From Octopus bimaculoides (taxonomy: Eukaryota), in NCBI RefSeq assembly GCF_001194135.2, contig NC_068988.1:9678229-9720281 (forward strand): a stretch of DNA of 42,053 bases, in the 5' to 3' direction. Position numbers and translations under genes: made by a program. Below the pieces are notes generated by a model. That model made no database searches, was not told the origin of the DNA, and saw only the letters and a program-made list of their open reading frames with translations. This document shows positions 20,753 to 32,679 of this stretch, in pieces (position 1 is the first letter of the stretch; each line of letters starts with the position of its first letter).

Positions 20753-21580
20753 TTAAACCTTTTATTACAATAATCGTCAAAATATACTGCCTTTGTTTCA
20801 ATTAATTATTTCTGTTAAAATACACTGCCTTTGGTTTGTTTCAATTAAATTTTTCAAATAATGAAAAATTTAGTAAAATAATTTCATCATTATTAAGTTG
20901 ATGTTTGGAACATAAATTAGCACGAAACTTTGAATGAAGGTTTTAATTGTAGATCACTTTAACTCTTTTGTTAACATATTTGTGTCAGACATTCGAGCAA
21001 GATCGTTGCCAGAGCCGATGGGCTGGCCCCTATGCAGATGACACGTAAAATACACCATTTCGAGCATGGCCGTTGATCGTTACCAATGTCGCCTCCCTGG
21101 CATTTGTGCTGGTGGCACGTGAAAAGGCATTCAAGCGAGATCATTGCCAGTGCCGATGGACTGGCTCCTGTGCAGGTGGCACGTAAAACACACCATTTCG
21201 AGCATGGCTGTCGCCAGTTCCGCCTGACTGGCCCTCGTGCGGGTGGCACATAAAACACCCACTACACTCTCGGAGTGGTTGGTGTTAGGAAGGGCATCCA
21301 GCTGTAGAAACTCTGCCAAATCAGATTGGAACCTGGTGTAGCCATCTGGTCCACCAGTCCTCAGTCAAATCGTCCAACCCATGCTAGCATGGAAAGCGGA
21401 CATTAAACGATGATGATGATGATTTGTGTCAAAGTACACCATCATTATTTCAATTGTTTTGAAAATAAAGAAAAGTGTAAGTAAAATAACTCATTATTAA
21501 TCTGGGGCTTGGAACTTGGATAAAAATGAAATTTTGATAGGTTTTAATTTAAATCACTTTAAAACAAAGAAATTTGTATC
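20753..21580 (+). mobile_element. Two tandem units of AT-rich repeat family E, each starting TTAA(A/C); the second is split by a LINE tail
   Basis: Units start at 20753 and 20959 and share GTTTCAATT...AGTAAAATAA...CATTATTAA...GGAAC...GGTTTTAATT..ATCACTTTAA. DNA-transposon origin is inferred only. Confidence 0.5.
20988..21421 (+). mobile_element. 5'-truncated LINE (family D) with a 10-bp target-site duplication
   Basis: ATTTGTGTCA at 20978-20987 and 21422-21431; (GAT)n tail. Confidence 0.9.
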
Positions 21581-22025
21581 ATAGTACCCGGGGTGGTCTC
21601 AGGTGGGTTGGTATGGAAGGGGTTAAAGACATCAGCCAGTGTATGCATGAGAGACAACTCCAATGAGGTTGGCATGTGATGTGAGTGAAAGATGAATGTG
21701 GAGTGAAAGACAGAGATGTGTGTTCTGGCAGAGGAATGAAGATTGGAATAAATGAAAAGGAAGGAATGGTGATGCTCGAACTCAAGAAGTGCCAGTTGAG
21801 AGGGTAAAGAGGTACAAAGCTGGGTATGCTGTAGATTACATGGATACCCCAGCTGGGAAAAAAAAAGTGGGGGGAGAGTAACTTAGCGAGTTAGATAAAG
21901 CAAGTGATAATGAGAAAGATGATGGCGAAGATAGGTGATTGGTGGAGACAGTAGGTAGGGGGAAGATAATGAGAAGTGGTTTGGGGTAGGGGATGAAAAG
22001 TAACTGAGAAAGCCTGTGGATGTAG
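21580..22025 (-). mobile_element. Possible decayed Penelope-like internal relic
   Basis: Purine-rich on +; minus translation ends ...DVFNPFHTNPPETTPGT, weakly like the PGT linker before the Cys-rich/GIY-YIG part of Penelope ORFs. Confidence 0.25.
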
Positions 22026-22096
22026 TATGTATTTATTCTGTTGTCAGGTGGTAATGATAATAATAATGATAATAATAATATTATTATTATTATTAT

Positions 22097-22316
22097 TAAG
22101 GTGGCAAGCTAGCCAAATGGTTAGCACGCTGGATGAAATGTTTAGTGGCATTTCATCCGTCCTTGTGTTCAGAGTTCAAATTCCCCTGTGGTTGACTCTG
22201 CCTTTCATCCTATCGGGGTTGATAAATTAAGTACCAGTTAAACACTGGGGTCAATGTAATCGACTAGTCCCCTTCCCACAAAATTTCAGGCCTTGTGCTT
22301 TAGAAGAAATTATTAC

Positions 22317-22347
<31 letters not shown>

Positions 22348-22590
22348 GCTGTTGTTGCTGTTGTTGTTGTTGTTGTTGTTGTTGTTACTAATAAGAGATG
22401 TCAAAGCGACATTAACACTCTGGGCAAATTGTTCAGCATTTCGTCCGTCTTCGTGTTCTGAGTTCAAATTCCACCAAGGTCGACTCTGCTTTTCATTCTT
22501 TCGGGGTCAATAAATTAAGGACCAGTAGATTACATCAGCTAGCCCATTCCTCCAAAATTTCGGGCCTTGTACCTGTAGCAGAAAAGATTT
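22097..22590 (+). mobile_element. Two SINE B copies head-to-tail, separated by (GTT)n at ~22316-22386
   Basis: Both have AGAGTTCAAATTCC / TGAGTTCAAATTCC and the CTTTCAT(C/T)CT...GGGGT...ATAAATTAAG block. Confidence 0.85.
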
Positions 22591-22919
22591 ATTACAAGAG
22601 AAGTCTTTCACTTCTACTGAAACACTACAATTTTAATATTGATATTCATTTTTCTTTTTGTTTTTTGATGTCTTGTGATTTCTTCTGTTAAGTATTGAAT
22701 TATAAGTTTCTCTTATCAAAACTCATGAAGGACAAACCCACTTTACCTGATTAATCTTGTTTGTTCTCTACTTCATTATTATTCCCAGTTAATTGTTTTA
22801 CCTCTATTTATTTCCATTCAATTGACTCTGTTTCTGATAAGGTGTTGTCTACATGCATTAATTATATCCACTTTTGTAATGAAGGTCTTTTTACTTCGTT
22901 ATCCAGGATAGGTAAAATG

Positions 22920-22920
<1 letters not shown>

Positions 22921-23003
<83 letters not shown>
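22921..23003. repeat. Long (TA)n microsatellite
   Basis: About 40 uninterrupted TA units. Confidence 0.95.
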
Positions 23004-23009
<6 letters not shown>

Positions 23010-23017
23010 TTATATAC

Positions 23018-23185
23018 AGGTGCAGGAGTGGATGTGTGGTTAGAAGCTTGCTTCCCAACCACATGGTTCTAGGTTCAGTCTCACTGCTTGGCACCTTGGG
23101 CAAGTGTCTTCTACTATATATAACCTTGGACCGACCAAAGCCTTGTGAGTGGATTTTGTGGACAGAAACTGAAAGAAGCCTGTCA

Positions 23186-23186
<1 letters not shown>
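23018..23186 (+). mobile_element. SINE family A head ending in (TG)n
   Basis: GGAGTGGATGTGTGGTTAGAAGCTTGCTTCCC...GGTTCAGTCTC. Confidence 0.85.
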
Positions 23187-23227
<41 letters not shown>

Positions 23228-23475
23228 CATGTGTGTGTGTGTGTGTATATATATTTATGTATGTATTTGTGTGTCTGTCTAGATGTGTCATAATCACCAA
23301 ATAGTAATTGAAACCCAGCTCTATTTTAGAAGGGGAGATAATCTCAGGAATAAAGAATTCTCCAAAGCTGACATGCCGTTAATGAACACTTGTTTCTGCC
23401 TTAATTAGGTATCATCAGACTATGATATGATATGATATATATTAATTTCATGTTTATTTCCGTTCTGAAAACCAG

Positions 23476-23589
23476 ATTAAGTGTGACATAGTTAATTTTC
23501 TGAATTCTTCATCAGTTTCAAAATTAACTGAAACAGTCAGTATATTTCAACAGAAAACTCTGGCTATGAAAGGGGTTGATGTGAATTCT
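23476..23589 (+). CDS. Candidate internal exon (114 nt, or 36 nt from 23554), unknown product
   Basis: Acceptors ...TTTATTTCCGTTCTGAAAACCAG| or ...TATATTTCAACAG|; donor TCT|GTAAGA; frame IKCDIVNFLNSSSVSKLTETVSIFQQKTLAMKGVDVNS. No homologue recognised. Confidence 0.25.
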
Positions 23590-24260
23590 GTAAGAAATAA
23601 AATCTGCACTAGACTGACCTGAATCGAGTTATTGTATTGTCCAATCTCACCGGTGAGATTCATGGATTTAGAAAATACCTCTTCTGTGAAGACCTGATTC
23701 TATTGTTTTGATTGCGATATGAAAGCCAAAGTTGTCTAGTAAGTAAGATCTCTGTAGATAACTGTATTTAGTATTATGAACAGCCTTTATGTATTTGTGT
23801 AACTTCCCATAGGAAGATATAGATTCATAGTAAGTTTCATTTAAATATTTGAAACCGGAAAAAAAAAAAATAAAGAAAGAAATAGACAACAAAGAACACG
23901 ATGTACTCAATAATTTAGCACTTCAGTGATAATTTAGTTTTGTCTGTTTGTTAGCAAATATCGGATGTTTATTGTGTAGCATCCGATTGTTTGACATTGA
24001 GAGTGATTGTGAGGGGACAGATGTGGGTGGGCGTGGGGCATAACGGCATCGGGGTTAGAGAAAAGTAGTTAATACAATGCTTCTAGTAAAACTTGTGCTT
24101 CCTTCAGCAGTTTAAATCTATTTTGTTCCCAGCATGCCTGAGATTAACTTTGGTTTCAATGACATTAAAGAAACCTCTTGTATTAAAGATTTCATAACTA
24201 GATACAAAACCTGTCTGATTTATAATGGTTATATTTAGATTAATCCGTTTCTCTGCCGCC

Positions 24261-24718
24261 ATCATCATCATCATCATCATCATCGTTGTCTGCTTTCCAT
24301 GCTGGCATTGATTGGACGGTTTGAATGAGGACTGGTGAGCCAGAAGGCTACACCAGGCTCAATCTGATCTGGCAAAGTTTCTACAGCTGGTTCCTAACGC
24401 CAACCACTCCAAGAGTTAGTGAGTGCTTTTATGTGCCACCAGCATGAGGGCCAGTCAGGCGGTTCTGGCAACGACCACGTTCAAAAGGTGCTTTTACGTG
24501 CTATCTGCATGGGAGCCAGTCCAGCAGCACCGGCAATGACCACACTCGAATGTTGCTTTTCATGTGCCAGTAAGGTGACGCTGGCAACGATCACGCTCGA
24601 ATGGTGCTTTTCACATGTCACCGGCACGGGAACCAATCTGTGGCCCTGGCAATGATCACACTCGAGTGTGCTTTTAACATTCCACTGGCACGAGTGCCAA
24701 TCAGGCGGCACTGTCATC
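24261..24718 (-). mobile_element. LINE 3' UTR (family D) with ~5 internal ~60-bp units
   Basis: (ATC)n tail at ~24261, repeated GTGCTTTT(A/C)(C/T)(G/A)TG units. Confidence 0.85.
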
Positions 24719-24864
24719 AGCCACATCATTTTGCTAAATTATGTTCCAATACCAGTTTAGGGATAGCAAGAATTCATATTCTGAAATCTCTGCAAAATTT
24801 CAAACTATTTTCAATACAAATGAAAACACAGTATGCGTTTCATTAGAAACATGTACACCATTAT

Positions 24865-25050
24865 CATTGTGATTCTCATTTTAATGTCCACTTTTTCATG
24901 CTGGATGAAATTCATTGAGGCAAATTTTCTACAGCTGGATGCCCTTCCCATCACTAACCCTCACCTGTTTCTGAGTAAAGTTTATTTCTTCGGCCAGACA
25001 TGTTTTCCATGAGAAACTAGAAACAAACATTGCTTGTGTGTCTGTGATGC
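24865..25050 (-). mobile_element. LINE 3' tail, subfamily D2
   Basis: TTTAATGTCCACTTTTTCATGC...TTTCTACAGCTGGATGCCCTTCC...ACCCTCACCTGTTTC. Confidence 0.7.
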
Positions 25051-25261
25051 TCTTTTACAAGCATCTGCATTGACTCATACATGCATAGATTCATGCATGA
25101 ATAGACACATACACACATAGATGCAAAGACACACACATTGACACATACACACATAGACAGATACACGCACACATGCATGAATAGACACACACACACACAT
25201 AGACACATACACGCAAAGACACATGCATGCATAAACACACACATAGTCACATACACACGCT

Positions 25262-25423
25262 CACATATGACAGGCTTCTTTCAGTTCCCATCGACCAAAT
25301 CCACTGAGAAGGCCTTGGCCAACCAAATGTTATAATAAAAAACATTTGCCCAAGGTGTGGGTTGAACCCAAGACCACATGATTGGAAAGAAAGCTTCTTA
25401 ACCACACAGCCACACCTGCACCT
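25262..25423 (-). mobile_element. SINE family A head preceded by an (AC)-rich tract
   Basis: GGCTTCTTTCAGTTCCCATCGACCAAATCCAC...AACCACACAGCCACACCTGCACC. Confidence 0.8.
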
Positions 25424-26159
25424 ATATTCATTTAAGATTATTCATATAAAAAACACAAAGACGTCACAGTATCTGAAAGTAACTTCACACATATACTCAA
25501 GGTCAACAAAAAACATGAATTAATTTGCCCCTGTATTCAAGTTCAGATGCTTGATGGTCTGTCTTAATTATCATGTACAGCATCAACATGTGAGTTAATC
25601 TCATTGAATAACGTGCTGTATATTATTGCTTTGATTGGTAAAAAATGTTGTTTGATGTCAGTATTACCTGAACATAAGAGGATAATGCTTTCATTTGACT
25701 TACCCTTGTTGTCTGATATTGATAAAAAATTAAGCCAGTCTTAACATTGACTCTGAACAATTATATCTTTGCTTGGATTCTGTATCTGATAGTCTAACTA
25801 TAATCGCTTCTTATTGACATTAACTTTATATTTTTTTCCTTCCAAATAAACCCCCTTTATTTTGTGGCCTCCTCATATCAGTTCTCTGTTGCCCCTTATT
25901 ATCTAACATCCACTCTTTAGCATTTATTTTTCTGCTGAATTTGATTCCCTGACACATCTTCAACACCATCCTTCTTCTCTTCTAATGGTGGCAACCATGT
26001 ATCTCCCCTACACTAAGACACCCATTCCTGATACTTCCCCTGTCTTCCTATAGCCTCTTATCACCTGACATAAAACCATCTCCCTCTATACGACTCCCCC
26101 ACCTCAGTTTAGGGGTGTTGTCTTGTGAGATTCTCGGGAGGGGTGGGGAACCTTACTAG

Positions 26160-26342
26160 TGCTGCTACCATTTTATAAAGTGGTTGACATTACGAAGGTT
26201 AGGGCATCCAGGCATAGAAGCCATGCCAAATTAGACATTGGAGCTTCATGTAGTCCTCTGGGTCACCAACCCCTGTTGATCCAACCAACCCAAACAAGCA
26301 TGGAAAACAGATGCTTAATAATGATGATGATGATGATGATGA
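26160..26342 (+). mobile_element. Old LINE 3' tail (family D)
   Basis: GGGCATCCAGGCATAGAAGCCATGCCAAA...GCATGGAAAACAGATG...(GAT)n. Confidence 0.7.
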
Positions 26343-27604
26343 AGAATTTCTGATAAGTTATCGAAATCATTGAGATTAAGAGGAAGTCTTATGCTGAGAC
26401 ATGCAAGACTGGTTCTTCACGAAATATTTTGTGATATATTTCCCACAGTTTTGTATAAAAACAAATCAAAGCCATTGAAGAATACTCAAGTCAATTTTAC
26501 ATTTTGTTCATCTGTGTTGTTATGACATCTTAACAGTGCTGCCACCATCAACCATTGCTTTGACATTCTTATAACATGTCACAATTTCTAAACTGAAGCC
26601 ATAATAGAGGGAGTTAGATGAAGTTAATTTGTTTAAATGTTTATACAGTTTTCAGGTTTTACCTTTTGTTTGAGAATAAAAGAAAGAGAGAATGTAGGCC
26701 GGAAGCAAGTATAATGCCTACTTGCTAAGAGCTTTTATATACTGGACAAACAACAACATTGTTTCTCTTTTTCTCTTTCCTTCCCTTTTCCTTCAGTCTC
26801 ATCTGAAGTGTAACATTATTCACTCTTCACATGAATTGAATTTAACAAATTCTCTTATGGGTTAATTTGCTGCTTGTGTAGGCCATCGCCAGTTTCCTCA
26901 GATTCTGAACCAAAATAGTCTCAGGGCACTGATAAATAATGATAAATGTAGCCACGATGAAAATTAAGAAGTCATTTCAAAGTTTTGTTATTGAGGTGAA
27001 AGCAAAAAAGTGAGTTGAGAAATGCGGAAATAATAAATTGGTAATTGTTCTGTCGACAGCACTTGTGAGTCAACAACATCATAAGAACCATCAAGGGGAA
27101 TGAATATAGATGGGTTGGCCACATCATGCGACTGATGGTGCCCCAGCATGGCCACAGTCTAATGACTGAAACAATTAAAAGTAGAAGATATTATACTCTA
27201 GGTTATAAACGTCCTCCAAAATGAACTAATTTTGGAAAACTGAACTTTAAATACCGATGCTGCTTGATATTGTATTGATGCTTCCAAACATCAAATGCGA
27301 AATACAGAAATAGAGAGAAACACAAGACTTGTGAAAGGGTCAAGAATTAATTCGGTAGGATTCAATTTGTGCAACTTAGAACCATTAAAAGAAGAACTGA
27401 GTCAATTATTGAACACAACAATCACAAACACAGCATCTAATCAAAGAAACCATTCTTATGTAGAATGGTCTATAGTTAAGTGATCTTAGATATGTTGACT
27501 CCAAACAAGTATTATTCAAAATGGAAACTATTCAATCAGCTGTAATTTCAATAGCAGATGATAATTTCTTTCATAATATACCAGTAATCAGAATCGAAGC
27601 TTTT

Positions 27605-27930
27605 GTCATCGTCATCATCAACTTTTCTGTACTTGCATGAGTCATGTGGAGTTTTTGTTGAGGCAGATTTTCTACAGCTGGATGCTCTTCCTGTTGCTAA
27701 CCCTCACCTGTTTCCATGCATAGGTAATATTTCTCCATGGTATGCCGGGTGAAATGCTTAGCAATATTTTGTCTGTCTTTACATTCTGAGTTCAAATTCT
27801 GCCAAGGTCAACTTTGCCTTTCATCTTTTTGGGATTAATAAAGTACCAGTTGCATACTGGAGGTCGATCTAATCGACTGCCCCCCCCCCTCCCCCAAATT
27901 TTGGGTCTTGTACCTAGAGTAGAAAAGAAT
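27605..27930. mobile_element. D2 LINE tail (-, 27605-27740) abutting a SINE B (+, 27742-27930)
   Basis: TTTCTACAGCTGGATGCTCTTCC, then CTGAGTTCAAATTCTGCC...AAGTACCAGTTGCATACTGG. Confidence 0.75.
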
Positions 27931-28072
27931 ATTTCCCCGTGGTTAAACACTTCCTATGAAGCTTACCACATCAACCATAAAAAATGTTTGTCAATTCTGA
28001 AATTGGTCAAACCATTTGCATGAAGGCATTAATACTTTTTATGTTGACACATTGCTGTTTATGGTTTTATAG

Positions 28073-28247
28073 AAGTCTGATAGGCCATGGTCCTAAGCTG
28101 AGTAAAATCCAAGAGCAGTGGTTCAAAATTCATCAAGGGACTTGCTACATTCTTTTCAGTGATATTCTAAGCTTTACTGGGCAAATCAGCTGGCACACGA
28201 TTATGCACCGATCTGACAAAATCATGCATCCTTCACTCTTTCAAGTG
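28073..28247 (+). CDS. Candidate internal exon (175 nt), unknown product
   Basis: Acceptor TTGCTGTTTATGGTTTTATAG|, donor GTG|GTAATG; only one open frame: SLIGHGPKLSKIQEQWFKIHQGTCYILFSDILSFTGQISWHTIMHRSDKIMHPSLFQV. Confidence 0.25.
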
Positions 28248-28564
28248 GTAATGATTTGTGGAGGATTAAGTAGATATTTGTAGCAGGTCAAGTAACCATT
28301 TACAGGTTTGTTCAGCATTTTTGCGGACAATGATAAAGAATCGGTTTTATTTTGCTTTGTTTCTTTTTTTTTTTTTTTTTTGGGGTGTGGATGAGAAAAG
28401 CTTTTTGCTTGATGGGAAAATTCAAGATATCTTTCATGTAGTTTAGCGAGTTTGTCCAGAACCAACAACTTTTAATTTCCATATCAAGGAAAACAAATAA
28501 TAAAACATCAACCAACTCTATCCTCCTAAATCTATATACATATGTACGCTCGTCTATTCATCTG

Positions 28565-28608
<44 letters not shown>

Positions 28609-28996
28609 CATCTATATCTATTTTACTGGAAACCTGGAGAATATTCAGTCTACATGAATATTCAATGAAATGTTTAAGAAGAAAGCTCTGGGTAGCAATG
28701 GTCTGTTTCAATCTTTACTTTTCTCTGTATACCTTAGTGATTTATGCTTACATAAAACATTCTTCTCAACCTTGAATTTTCCTCCTCAAAACAAGATTGT
28801 GTTTAAAAACTACAAAAAAAAAAAAAGAATTCATAAATTTTCTTTGACCTAAATATGCTTATTCACCAAAATAAGTAGTCGTTAGGGAATTATTTCAAAA
28901 TAACAAATTTCTGGATTTTTTTTTTTTCAATAAAATCTTTTTATTCATAGGTCAAGGACAGTTATTTTAAAAAGCCCATATTTAGTGATTTGATAC

Positions 28997-29384
28997 AAGC
29001 ATAGCTGTGTGGTTAAGATGTTTGTTTCACAGGTGTGTAGTTTGGGTTTCAGTCTTACTGTATGGCACCTAGGGCAAGTGTTTTTGATTTGTTTTTTTCT
29101 AGAGTACCCCCAGGCCTGACAAACTCTTGTGAGTGAATTTCATTGATGAAAACTATAGTAAACCTGTCATGTGTGTGTGTGTATATGTATATATGAGAGA
29201 GAGAGAGAGAGACAGGCAGACAGACAGAGACATAGCTGTGTATTAAGAAGTTTGCTTCTCAACCACATGGTTTTTGAGTTCAATCCCACTGTGTGACACC
29301 TTAGGCAAGTGTCTTCTGCTGTAGACTCAGGCCAACCAAAGCCTTGTGACTGGATTTTGTAGTCGAAAACTGAAAGAAGTCCAG

Positions 29385-29385
<1 letters not shown>
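28997..29385 (+). mobile_element. Two tandem SINE A heads (28997-29170; 29229-29385), each ending in a microsatellite
   Basis: ATAGCTGTGT(G/A)(G/T)TTAAGA...GG(G/C)(C/A)...TT(A/G)GGCAAGTGT in both. Confidence 0.8.
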
Positions 29386-29443
<58 letters not shown>

Positions 29444-30009
29444 NNNNNNNNNNNNNNNNNNNNNNNNNNNNNNNNNNNNNNNNNNNNNNNNNNNNNNNNN
29501 NNNNNNNNNNNNNNNNNNNNNNNNNNNNNNNNNNNNNNNNNNNNNNNNNNNNNNNNNNNNNNNNNNNNNNNNNNNNNNNNNNNNNNNNNNNNNNNNNNNN
29601 NNNNNNNNNNNNNNNNNNNNNNNNNNNNNNNNNNNNNNNNNNNNNNNNNNNNNNNNNNNNNNNNNNNNNNNNNNNNNNNNNNNNNNNNNNNNNNNNNNNN
29701 NNNNNNNNNNNNNNNNNNNNNNNNNNNNNNNNNNNNNNNNNNNNNNNNNNNNNNNNNNNNNNNNNNNNNNNNNNNNNNNNNNNNNNNNNNNNNNNNNNNN
29801 NNNNNNNNNNNNNNNNNNNNNNNNNNNNNNNNNNNNNNNNNNNNNNNNNNNNNNNNNNNNNNNNNNNNNNNNNNNNNNNNNNNNNNNNNNNNNNNNNNNN
29901 NNNNNNNNNNNNNNNNNNNNNNNNNNNNNNNNNNNNNNNNNNNNNNNNNNNNNNNNNNNNNNNNNNNNNNNNNNNNNNGTTGACTGTTCTTTGAGCCACT
30001 TTTTCACTA

Positions 30010-30341
30010 CCTCCACACTTACCAGATTTAGCGCCTTCAGACTATCATCTCTTCGGCCCCATGAAAGAGGGTTTGAGAGGCAAACATTATTCCAGTGACG
30101 AGGAAGTGAAAACTGTAGTGAAGAAGTGGCTCAAAGAACAGTCAACAGAATTTTACGGGGCAGGGATACATGCTCTCATTCGAAGGTGGAACATTGCTAT
30201 TGAGAGAAACGGTGACTATGTTGAGAAGTAGGGATGTGATCCACAGAGGACCAGCTTCATTTTGATGTATGATACATGTTCCTGTGTTGGTAATTATACC
30301 TGTCCTAAACAAAATGGCATTACTTTTTGACTCACTCCCTA
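30010..30341 (+). mobile_element. Mariner (Tc1/mariner) transposase C-terminal fragment plus right TIR
   Basis: PPHLPDLAPSDYHLFGPMKEGLRGKHYSSDEEVKTVVKKWLKEQSTEFYGAGIHALIRRWNIAIERNGDYVEK* (stop 30229-30231). Carries the mariner SPDLAPSD motif with the third catalytic Asp. TIR-like GGCATTACTTTTTGACTCACTCCC then TA. Confidence 0.9.
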
Positions 30342-30483
30342 TCTGCTTGAGGTATATAACAGATTGTCTTTTGTTCTTACAAAGCATGGAAAACAGACGT
30401 TAAATGTTGATGATTATCAGAGAGCACTGTAAAATATTCATTTTGCTACGATCATGGCTGTATCTATATAAAAATTTTGATAC

Positions 30484-30553
30484 ATAAATTATTGATGTCT
30501 GCTGTTCTCTAACAAAACGAAGCAATGATGTCCCTGTTGAAGGATCAAACAAC
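30484..30553 (-). CDS. Candidate minus-strand exon, unknown product
   Basis: Strong acceptor CTATTGTGTTCTCTTGCATAG|G; frame (R)LFDPSTGTSLLRFVREQQTSIIY; donor TAT|GTATCA is weak. Confidence 0.15.
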
Positions 30554-31229
30554 CTATGCAAGAGAACACAATAGATTTTTCTCTTTGTTTTTATTTATTG
30601 ATATCTTACATATTTTGTCTGATTTCTCTCCTTCATTGCTAAAAGGTTTTTTCTTTTTTTTTTTCTTACACCCTTCACAATGCTTCAGACATGTTAGAAT
30701 ACTCTTTTAATTTGATAATTTGTTAATTTTAAAATAATCTCATTATTTTAAAGCACTTTTAGAAATAACTGAGCATTTATTGGTGGTATGACTCAGTACT
30801 AAAAGGAGAGTCAAAGTTATTGAGGAATTCCAGTCAACATGATTTTAACCGTTTTTTAAAGATTATAACTGGAATATTATTATTATTATTATTATTATTA
30901 TAATTGTTATTATAATTATTATTCACAGAGTGGTTCAGAATAATTCTAGATAAATTATTAGACATTTTTTTTCCTAAATGAGATAATTTAGTTTAATAAA
31001 AATTCACAAACATGATTTTTAAAAATAATAAAATCATGCTTGAATATGTGGAGGAAAAAAATTATTGAAAATAATATTCTAGAGACTAATATAATTTCAA
31101 CAATGCTAATCTAAAAGAAGTGAAAATACCAGATAAATTGTTTATGAAAGAATGTTCCACCATTTTGAATAAACTCAGCTTTGATCTGAGAATATGTCAA
31201 AAGAGTCAAAAGACTAACAACTGATTAAC

Positions 31230-31450
31230 ATCATTGTCATTCTTTAATGTCTACTTTTCCATGCTTGCATGGAACAGACAAATTTATTGAGACAGATTTT
31301 CTATGGCTGGATGCTCTTTCGGTCACCAACCTTCACCTGTTTCCAAGCAAGTTGATAATAATTTCCCCTACTCAGACATTTTTTCATGGAAGGAAGTAAC
31401 CAAGCGACCTCGCTTGTATGATGGTGAAACTCATTTGCAAATAATGTCAA
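31230..31450 (-). mobile_element. LINE 3' tail, subfamily D2
   Basis: TTTAATGTCTACTTTTCCATGCTTGCATGG...AACCTTCACCTGTTTCCAAG. Confidence 0.75.
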
Positions 31451-31455
31451 ATCAG

Positions 31456-31730
<275 letters not shown>

Positions 31731-32679
31731 CTATTATTGACTAACACTTCTTGTTGCCAACCCTCATCTGTATCATATGTTTCTCTTAGCATGGAAAGCG
31801 GACATTAAACGATGATGATGATGATTATGATGATAATCTACAAAAAAAATAAAATATTTTGCATTTTAAGCATAGTAATTAGAGTAACCTTCATAATTTT
31901 ATTGAATTAGGTGCATATTTTACCATAAAAGGAAAATGTTGCTATTGATCAATTTTATTCAAGATAGGCACTGCCTACTTTGCTTATCTAGGCGGCATGT
32001 CCTTGGTATCCAGCTATAGAAAATCTGCCTCAATAAATTCCATCTGACCAATGCAAGCATGGAAAAGTGGACATTTGAAAGGGTGATGATGGTTTGTTAA
32101 TAAGTACAACTAAAAACAACAGCAGAGTTAGAGTCAAAACCTTGTTTGATGGTTGAAGGCTTTTTTTTGGTTAGTTTTAGATGAAATTTTAATCTCTTTC
32201 TAAATCTTGGATACTTAATCATTGATTAATTTTGTGCTGTATTTTTATAAACAGGAATTAAACTCTCTTCTAGTCCTGAATATTTAGCTCCTTTGTTTTT
32301 GTAAGTCAAGCCCAACCATGACATGATTAAGGTCTTGTCTAGGCAAGATTACTGGGAAAGAAATACTTGTCTTAATCTTGTTTAAAAATGGAATTTTTTT
32401 TTATTTATTAATCATTTTTCTGACCACATTGCACAGCATCTTGGATAAGAGTCTTTTCTACAACCTCAGGTTGACCAGTGCCTTGTGAATGGAACCGGTT
32501 GATGGAAAATGTGCAGAAGCTTGTTGTCTGAAGTATGTTAAAAATGAAACTTAAGAGGTTCTTAAAAAAAACAAAAAAACAAATTTAGTGTTTCACTTTC
32601 AATTCAATCAAACTTGTCCTCTGCAAAATAATTCCAGCCACTGTTAATACAGTATCCAGCGAATTTGTCTACTATTTGT

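Noticed and set aside
20988-21260. CRISPR-like appearance of regularly spaced repeats (also 6603-6740 and 33224-33400)
   Set aside because: No unique spacers, units are whole tandem copies, eukaryotic context and no cas genes.
25960-26150. C-rich stretch resembling a Penelope internal relic
   Set aside because: No translatable motif convincing enough to call.
27295-27483. 62-aa ORF MRNTEIERNTRLVKG...
   Set aside because: No splice signals or recognisable motif; length expected by chance.
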